A DNA stretch of 45,034 nucleotides from Coniocarpon cinnabarinum (taxonomy: Eukaryota): positions 1-45,034 of the forward strand of contig JAVECO010000181.1 of assembly GCA_051942205.1 (NCBI GenBank), in the 5' to 3' direction. This document shows positions 9,220 through 18,154 of this stretch, in pieces. Position 1 is the stretch's first letter. Every line of letters begins with the position of its first letter. Below the pieces are notes generated by a model, which saw nothing but the letters and a program-made list of their open reading frames with translations, searched no databases and was not told the DNA's origin. A program made the translations under genes and the position numbers.

Positions 9220-11712
9220 TCACACCAAAGTGTCCATCCCATGCTTCCCGTCGAAAGCACGATTGAGCAACTCCATGCCTTGCTCTAGCTTGGAAAGCTC
9301 TTGGTCCAAGTCCTGACGCTCTTGCTCGCGTTCAGCGTCTTCTGCAAGCAGCTTTTTGCAGTTTGCGACGCATGCTTCGTCATCTCCTGCAATGCCTAGG
9401 CCATGACCGAGAGCAGCGGGAAGCTGCCTGCGGAGCTCTTCAAAGACCTCAAACTGGCTCTTTTTACCCAGTGAGTCCGCCAGCACGCCGGCGGCTAGGT
9501 GGTAGTAGCCGCGAACACGAGCCATAACTTGAATCTCAGCATCATGCGGGTCACTTTTGAGATCCTTGTCTTTGACTTTCGACGCTTTCTCCTCTCGCTT
9601 CTCGCCCTCCGAATTGAGCCTATTGTTTGTGGTTTCCTCCCAGTTCACGTAACTTCGGCGACGAGCTTTGTCTCGTTGCTCCCGTAGAAACCGTAACTGC
9701 TTCGAGCGGTGATACTGAAGTCCTTCCGTGTTGCACGTGAACGGTCTGTGGCGTTCGGCTTCAAGTGCGCGTTGGCAGGATTGTTCGTGTGCGTTGTAGA
9801 TGTCGTCGAAGCAACGGCTCACGGCATCCTCAGTTGCCTGCGGGAGACCTGTATTGAGCCATTGTTGGGTGTGGCAATTCGTGATTTTCAGAAGATGCTG
9901 TCTAATCAGATCGTGGACAGCTGACAGATATTTGCGCAGTGGCAAGTGCCACTGCTGAATTGACTCTCGAATAAGTGCGTCTTCAGCACGAGGATCGGTA
10001 TCGTTCGGGACGCCTGAGGTGCTTGCATCTCGAATCCGTTGATGGATTTGATCCAGTGTAAACTTGGCCGTGTTTGCTGACGATGCCGCCGCAGCTGACG
10101 GTGTAGCTCTCGTTCTCGCTCGTTTTGTCGGTGACTCTTGTGAACTCGTCGTGCTTGCGCCGCGCTTAGTCCCCGCACCTGGTGTCATGACCGGGACTAC
10201 CCTCTCCATCGGCTGCTCATCATCAGAATCAAAAATCTCGACAACACTATGCCACTGCGCCTCGATGCCGGTGTTAACAACTATCAAAGGCTGCAACTTC
10301 CTCAAGTCCCCAGCGAACGTTTCTGTGTGAGCCCGCCACTCGCGACTGAGCTCATTAGAGTCGGGCATATCGCCCAACAACACGCGATCAAGATCTGATC
10401 GTAGAAGCTCAACAATGCGGAGAACTGTTCCATATGGATTGGCTGGAGGTTTTGGCAACTGGTTTCTTTTCTTCAAAACGACATCCAAACGTGCTTGCAG
10501 CTGCTGGTGGATGGCTGGCAGCTGTGTCGCAATCTCTGCGGCAAGTAGACTTGACAACTTTGCTTGCAATGCTCCAGTGCCGAATTTCGCGCGATGGCAA
10601 TGGAACGCTGCCGACCAGGGTTCAGTATTGAAGAAAACATTCTCATTTTGACGCGCTTCTGCGTGTGAGATACGGTGCTGTAGTTCAGACGAGTTCGGCT
10701 GCCTTGTGACAAAGTAGCCCATGCCAACAGGAAAGCGCTTGCCATCAAGTATGTCTGACCACTGCTCAAGATTTTCATGCGATGTTAGAGTGTCAGGTTT
10801 TGTTAGAACACCGACAGTGCGATTTTTGGCTCCCCATTCAGAAATCTTTGATCCCGCAGTCGAGTTTTCAGGATCGACATTCATAGGGCAGGCGAGAACG
10901 ACAATCGTGTTCTTACTGTCGATGTAAGTCTTCGCAAGTCTTTGCACTAATCCCGGAAAGCTCGGATCCTGCAGGCGAGTAATTTAGCATACTACGCCAG
11001 CGCTTTATCATTGAAGTACGCTTACCTGAGGATCTCGATTGATTATACCGGGTAAGTCGAACAGTGTCAAGTCAGGAACTGTAGGTCCAGTCACATCCAA
11101 TTCGATCAGATTGGGAGAAAATTTCGCTCCTCTATCGCCCTCCACCTCTCCATCAAATATAGCGACAGCGTCCATGCGTGGACTGATGAGAGCGTCCTGT
11201 GCTCGTTGTAGGCGTTCCTCGATCTCGGAATACTGGAGCGATCGCTCAACCAATTTGTCAGGAACCCTCATGTGCTTCCATTGTGCAAAATCCTGTCCCG
11301 CCTGTTGACGGCCGGAAGGATCGTAGAAGTACTTCTGGATGAGTCTAAGGGTCCAGGAATTCGCTTGCGCATGTCTCAGATTGATCTTCAACACACATGC
11401 TGTGCATTTTCCAGAACTCCGGGGGACCTTAATCTCTGAGATAGCCTCGATAAGAGAACTCTTGCCAGAGCTTTGATCACCCACAACGACTAATTTAGGC
11501 AGGGGCAGAGTCGTCTCAACACCTATCTCAGCGAGCTTGTTAACTGTGTTAACAAGTTTTTTGGCATCTCGCCCAAGGTCATCAATAGCTGAAGGGGTGG
11601 CAGAGAAGCTCTCCCGCTGACGATCATGTTGGGAGTGATACCCCGAATCCGGGTAATCAGAAGAGTGCGACATCGTCGCTTCTTCCCAATTGGTGGTGTC
11701 GACCTTCATCAT
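9220..11712 (-). CDS. Dynamin-family GTPase, Mx-like fungal clade, ~811 aa; exons 11712-11026 and 10968-9220 (start may be 11673)
   Basis: G1 VVGDQSSGKSS, G2 region GKCT, G3 DLPG, G4 LTKPD; stalk; GED-like EIQVMARVRGYY...LLAED. A 57-nt intron GTAAGC...CTGCAG joins the two ORFs in frame. Confidence 0.92.
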
Positions 11713-12508
11713 CGAAACAAGCAAGAGTGACAGATATAGGAAATCAAGAGCTGTCGACAACGCTATGGGCAATGCATGTGAAGGTGTACAAGGTCAAAGT
11801 GGGGCTGAAAGGTAGGCAAAAAACATGTAGTAGGGGGGAGAAGAGATAAACAGAAGAGCGCATGCTCTTTGTGGGGGCAACAAGTCCAATGGAGAGAAGT
11901 GGGAAATGCTACGACAGGCTTACGCATCGACAGCACAAAACACGAGATACTATCGTAAGGCAACGTAAGTTGTGACTCCCCGTGACTCTTCAGCAAAGAT
12001 TGCAAGAGGAAGAACGGAAAGCTTCAAGCAGCATTTATAGTGGTGGTCTTGCTATGAGGGAGCTATACTCCGTATGCAAGGTGAAAAGGTGGTTGCAGAT
12101 GGACGAAGCCTGCAGGAGAAGGTGTGGCAGGGCGAGCTACCAGCCACTGAAGTTATGCGAATAACCACGTCACGGCATGTGATACTTTGAACGGGCGTAG
12201 GCGTACTTCGTTCCAAAAGAGGCAATTCTGACCTGTGAGGTGAAAAGAGAAGGGTCCTGAATGAGCCTTGAAACGACATCATAAGTATTATGCACTTAAA
12301 GAGAGGAAAGGATGAGATGAAGGTCGATGCGCCAAGGCCACCGGGAACCAACGGCGCTAGCCCCTCGAGCCTTAGCGTCCCCGTCCCACGGCCATTGGGA
12401 ATCTTTCTAAGGTATTCCCTTGTGCTAAATCGAATGCTCAGGTCCACATCCGGCCTTGATTCTGTCCGCAGCTGGACTTACGAGACCTGCATTCGCTAAT
12501 TGACGATC

Positions 12509-13925
12509 ATGGCCCATCAAGCTGGTGCTCCTCGCACCACGAAGGCCGTCATTCTCGTCAGTAGTTTTGCCTTGAGCTTGTGAGTTTAGTAATGGGGCTG
12601 ACGGTTACAGGTCGGCGGGCCTTCGAGAGGTACCCGGTTTCGACCTCTGTCCCTCGATGTTCCAAAGGCATGCAATCACTCCATATCCAGTGGTGCTGCC
12701 TTCGATTATTAACCAGCAGTAGCCTCTTTTCGAGGTAGCAGGCCACCCCATCATTGAACACTGCTTCAATGCTATCACCAAGGTTGCCGATATCAAGGAG
12801 GTTTTCATTGTTGGCTACTATGAGGAGTCCGTCTTTCGCGATTTCATCAAAGATCAAGGCAAGGATCATCCTCAGATCACCATACGCTACTTGCGAGAAT
12901 ACCAAGCCTTGGGCACGGCAGGCGGCCTATACCACTTTAGAGATCAGATCCTGAAAGGACGACCTGATCGTTTCTTTGTGCTCAATGCAGATGTCTGCTG
13001 CTCCTTTCCACTCAATGAGATGCTGCGTGTCTACGAAGAGAAGGGCGCTGAAGCTGTCATCCTTGGGACGAGGGTCAGCAAAGAGGCGGCCACGAATTTC
13101 GGTTGCATCGTCACAGATCCAGAGACCAAACGCGTGCGACACTATGTTGAGAAGCCTGAGTCTGAAATATCCAACTTGATCAACTGCGGCGTGTACCTTT
13201 TCAGCACGGATTGTATCTTCCCAGCGGTGCGCTCAGCGATTAAGCGTAGGGCAGAGCGGCCTCGGCTGCTTACTTATCCATCCATGGAAGACTTACAATC
13301 ACTGTCAATGGAAGATCAAGATGAAGACGAGCGGGACACAGCTGAGGTCGTCAGACTAGAACAAGATATCCTTGCAGACCTTGCCGATGAACGTCAGTTC
13401 TACGTACTAGAGACAGGCGATTTCTGGAGGCAAATTAAGACTGCAGGATCCGCGGTTCCGGCAAACGCTCTTTACCTCACCAAGGCATTTCAATATCAGA
13501 GCGAAGAGCTTGCCAAACCTTCAGCGACCATCCTGCCCCCAGTCTTCATTCACCCGAGTGCACAGGTCGATCCTACTGCTAAGCTCGGTCCGAACGTCAG
13601 TGTCGGACCACGAGCTGTCATCGGGAAGGGAGTAAGAGTGAAGGACAGCATTATCCTGGAGGACGTGCATATACGACACGACGCCTGTGTGATGCATTCC
13701 ATCATCGGATGGGGCAGCCGAGTCGGCGCTTGGGCCCGCGTGGAAGGTACACCTACGCCTTTGACAAACCATGACACAGGCATAGTCAAGAATGGGGTCA
13801 AGGTTCAGAGTATCTCGATTCTGGGTAAGGAATGCGCCGTGGGAGAAGAGGTGCGTGTGAGCAATTGCGTCTGCTTGCCACACAAGGAGCTGAAACGAGA
13901 TGTGATGAACGAGGTCATCATGTAA
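12509..13925 (+). CDS. mpg2: Mannose-1-phosphate guanylyltransferase alpha/regulatory subunit (GMPPA/Mpg2 type), 435 aa; exons 12509-12556, 12611-12667, 12723-13925
   Basis: KAVIL|VGGPSRGTRFRPLSLDVPK|PLFEVAGHP shows the insertion typical of GMPPA relative to GGYGTRL of the catalytic subunit. LGTAGG, LNADV, YVEKP and a C-terminal hexapeptide left-handed beta-helix are present. Intron 2 is GC-AG. Confidence 0.93.
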
Positions 13926-14239
13926 AGGCCACTCAAAGGATGAATGGCGCAGACATCGATGCCACGCATGTCATGAATTATGATAGTAGCTCGACGACTA
14001 AAAGCATATAGAGAGCAGCCACAAGATGCATTCGTGGCTCACAGGCACTGGACTGTGATCTTGTTGGATTCCAGCGACGTCTGCTCGTGAACGATTCACC
14101 GGCGCAGCGAGCTCCAAGGCTTGCCCTTCCCCCCCAACGAGGGCAGAGCACGTGATCGTGTCAATCTCGCGTTTCGCCACCAAGGGTCTCTCCTACAAGG
14201 GTAGCAACTTTTGTGCCACCACATCATATTCACTACCTG

Positions 14240-15757
14240 ATGTGCTTGCGGAGAGTTCAACCATGGGGCCATTTCGTGAAACGAAGACTGCAACAAGCTA
14301 CGGTCCGGGGGGACTGCTGGCGGTATTCTGCCGTGAAGCAGTTTTCGTCAAAGAGTATATCTTCCGAACGAATTCAAATACCGATTCGAAACAAAGGACA
14401 TATTGACATTGAGTGAGGTGAAATCCAAATTACGTAGCACATCGCAAGTCTGATTCATGAAGCGTCTCGGTACCTGCGAAAGTGAAGCATTCATCTGGAA
14501 ATCATGCTCAAGCCCTCGATGCAATAATCCACCTTCCTGCGTATCCAGCTTGTCTCTTAAACACTGCGCAGGCGCAGCTGCTATCGCATGGATTCAAACC
14601 ACTGGATATAGCGAGGTTGAGCGAAGCGACTTCATTGCCTGTCGTTCAACCACATTACCGTCTCGGACCTGATCATCTGTACCCCACGCCAATCCACGAT
14701 GTTGCCGAGGCCTTCGAAGGAGCTGTGAACTGGCTCCAGAAGACATTTCAAAAGTCACAGAGTCATGCCAATGGCTTCAAATCACCAGGTCTAGATGATG
14801 ATCAGGTCAAAGTTGCTGTCGTGGGCGACCTTGTTGGAGGCTCCTCAGCGCTTGCACTTGGGATGACTGAATGTCGCGTTTCGGGTCCAGCGCGAGTGAC
14901 CGCGATTAGTGCGCGTGAGCCAATCCTGGATTGGGTGTTTGAGCACGATGTGCTACTTCAACGAGACGCGACTGCGTCGTCGAGTGGTGGTGACGCTGAC
15001 TCGACTTCTCATGCGAGCAGGGAGGCTGAAGTAGATGCATTTCACACGCTGAGGCATCTTTCATTTCCGGGTCGTCAGCCTTGGAGATACTTCGAGCCTT
15101 TTGCTTCTCCGCTGCATTTCTTGCGATCACCTGCCGGACGGGTACCTGAAACACAACCTGCAGATGCCCGATTTGATGGTATATTTAGACCGCAATTTGA
15201 AGATATCGATGAGGACGTTCAAGACGTCGAAGAGGCTGAAGATGAGAGGATTACGCAATCCGTGAGGACTTTCCAATTTTTATACGTGTTTCGTGCTCAC
15301 CATATCACAGCCTTCACCTTCCGCGAGCGATTCGTTAACAGAAGCGTCGTTATCGCTAACACCAACCATCAAACGGCCCATGGACCCAAACGACCCGCGT
15401 CGCTTTAAACGCCCGTTGCGCTACCCACCAGCAGACCACGCAGCTTCCCTAGTCCTACCACGAATGCAAATCTCGACGCACGCGCAAAGTCTCCTACGAC
15501 CACAAGCAGAGGACTTTGTCCGTTTGCTGAGGCGAGGACAACTTCGAGGTCAAGGCTTTAAGATGAACAGAAGCATAGAGAAGTTGATGATGAACGAAAA
15601 CTTGCTGGCTGCCGAGGAAGCTAAGCAAAGTGAAGACATGGTCGACGAACGTGTTGCGCTGGCGAGAAAGGGAATGGAACAGTTTCAGCTTCACTCGGCT
15701 GATGAAAATGATGATCGTCGTGAAGAGCAACTGATTAATTGGCTTATGATGGGCTGA
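14240..15757 (+). CDS. Alpha/beta-hydrolase-fold protein lacking the catalytic Ser, ~472 aa; exons 14240-14412, 14463-15261, 15311-15757
   Basis: Two ~50-nt introns (GTGAGG...AAG and GTGAGG...CAG) join three ORFs in frame. HSL-like HYRL...YPTPIHDVAEAF segment; the elbow reads VVGDLVGG rather than GxSxG. Confidence 0.8.
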
Positions 15758-15915
15758 TTCACTGTTTGCAGGGCATCACCTCTAGTTTCAAAGAGAGCCC
15801 TCAACACCGTCATCGTGAAATTGTAAGAGTTCACGCTCCAGCTTCATTTCGAAAGAGACTACACTTGGCTACTGATCTAAACCGAAACCACTTGTCCTCA
15901 ATCCAGCCAGCCACA

Positions 15916-16558
15916 TCACAGCTTGCGCTCCGCAGCACCAGACAAGACATCAGCCATAGCCTGCTTCTCCTCAAAGCTACGACAACCAATATTGTGACTC
16001 GCGCAAGCCATCGGAACAGGGTCGCGCTTCGTCACCGCCCTTCGGAACAGCTTGGGAAACCAGGAAGAAGCAGGCTCCGCGCCCTCGTCAAGGAACCTTC
16101 TGGCCATCTTTCCATTGGGCGGATCCTCAAACCCTTCCGGGTAATCGCGTGGAATCTTGATACCAACGATGTACCCGTGCTCGTCGTACTCGTAAATCGG
16201 GGTATCGGGTTCCTTACGCTTGATGTCTTTGACCTCGCGCTTGCTCACTGTAGAATGGCGCTTGTCGAGGCCGGCGGCGGCTTTGACCGCTTCGTTGCGG
16301 GCGAGAAGCTTGAGATCGCGCTCGCGAGGGGTGGTGGCGTCGTGGCCGTACCAGCCGTGAGGCAGGGGCGCAACTTGGGCGTCAGCTTCTTTGTTGCCGT
16401 GAAACTCGGGAGATCGGACATCGACCTCCGCATCCTGGGCTGGATTAATATAGGGCCAGTTAAAGCATCTGGGGAAAGCGTACTGTCGGATGAGCTATCA
16501 CAGTGGACGCGCTGAGCAGCAGCGCGGCGGCCACGCTTCCGAACGTCAACTTGACCAT
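15916..16558 (-). CDS. Small secreted protein with multiple dibasic sites (197 aa); exons 16558-16484 and 16434-15916
   Basis: Signal peptide MVKLTFGSVAAALLLSASTVIA-HPT. A 49-nt intron GTACGC...CCCAG joins in frame to ORF 15916..16248. Sites LDKR, SKRE, IKRK, ARRF, FRRA and TKRD. Confidence 0.75.
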
Positions 16559-17162
16559 GGTGATCAATGGTTTTGACCTCTTGGTGGTTTTGAAAAGACC
16601 CTGTGCCGCAACGTCGACGCCTCTTGAGCAAAGCTCAGGTCAGAATCAGCAGAAGTAAGGGGAGGCAGACATCAATGCAGAGGCGGCGCTTCCAAGCTGT
16701 CAAAGAATCCTCACTCAAAGAAAAACTTGACATGTTTCAACTCCAAGCAGCTCAAAGAAAGTGGCAACACAAAGGTTTGCTGCGCGTTGTAGTGCAACCG
16801 AATTGGCGTCGCTTGACTGGCGTAGTCACGCCGGCCAGGAATAAACGAGACACGAGATGTGGAAGGTGAAAGACGCCTAATCACTCAGCTAATTCCTCGA
16901 GAGCACAGCCCTGAGCACTCCGCTTGCGGTGCAGTGGCCAGGTCCTTTTTTGAGTTGTTGCTGCTTCCACTCAATCAGGTGATGACTCGTTGCATGTGAC
17001 CGCCGGTATGAGCCTCTCGTCTCGTCTCTCAATGGTGTCGCGGTACGATAGTCCCTTATGCTTGACCTTGTAGTGGAAAAACTTGCCATGTTGGTTCTCC
17101 ATCATATCTCTTCAATGGACAAGGTTGCGGCGCGCAAGTTTGTGTTGGATTGTTGAACTACG

Positions 17163-17926
17163 TCAGCCATACATGCCTCCGTCGTCTTCTTCTTCGTCAT
17201 CTTCAGGCAACGGCTTGATTGGCTCCTTTTTCTTTGAGAGGTCCCTACGATCCATAGGACAGGTAGTATTAAGCTTCAGCCATGGTTGAATACACTCAAG
17301 ATCAAACATATGATTTTTGTTGCAGGGTAATCGGACAACCAGAGGGTACTTGTCATCGAGGAAAGGGTTGCCACAGATTGGGCAAGAATCTCCAGCCTTA
17401 AGAGACTTCTTTGGAACGCGATCGAGCTCTGCAGGTTTTCAGTCAGTACCTTGCACGGCGGAACAATCTGGACGTGTTACAGAAACAAAAACGTTGAACA
17501 TACCATCAAAGAAAGAGTTCGGCAAGCCCTTCGGACGTTCTGGCGGATTATTCGCATTTTGCATAAGTTGCTCAATCATGCCCTCCACCCATTCGTTGTT
17601 CATCGGTGCCCTCTCCTGGCCTTCAGGCACGTAGACACCTTCGGTCTCTCCAAGCATGACTTGGTAGCTATTGGCGAGCTGGCGGTATGCGGCGCTGACG
17701 TTGGAAGGGATGGGTAATGCATTCTGATTATTGTGAGATCGATCTGAAGAGCCGGCGGTGTCTATGAGCTCCAGGGTCGAGAAAAAAGTCGACAAGTCTG
17801 GTCTGCGGTGCTGAGATTGTCGTTGCTGGGTGTCAAAACTGGGAAGGTTGTGGTCCGCTGGAGTAATGCATTAGCAGAAGACACATAGCGAGAATTACAA
17901 TAGAATCTACCTTCGTAGCTAGACAT
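17163..17926 (-). CDS. Small RING-finger protein (putative E3 ligase; resembles the yeast YBR062C-type family), 211 aa; exons 17926-17911, 17857-17504, 17428-17163
   Basis: MSSYE|ADHN...RRPDLSTFF...FFD|ELDRVPKK...CPIC...LPCNKNHMFDLECIQPWLKLNTTCPMDR, with an acidic tail. Introns GTAGAT...CCAG and GTATGT...GCAG with matching phases. Confidence 0.88.
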
Positions 17927-18154
17927 CTTGTCGCTCTGCTGTTGTCGTTCTATAATGTACGCATAGCAGAGATATCGCAAATGTTTCTCTGCCGGAGAAA
18001 AGGTATTACTAGGCGACTACATATGACGCGTTTCACGATCTGCGAACAGAGGTAAGGTGGATCTGCGGACCGGTGGGCCGGCGGGCTGGGTTTTCTTGGC
18101 GCTTCCGGCACGGTAGCCTAGCAGCTACCTTACACGCATTATTTAGTAGTCCTG

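Noticed and set aside
15739..16631. 258-aa + strand ORF and 128-aa - strand ORF
   Set aside because: Antisense or alternate-frame shadows of the spliced secreted precursor gene.
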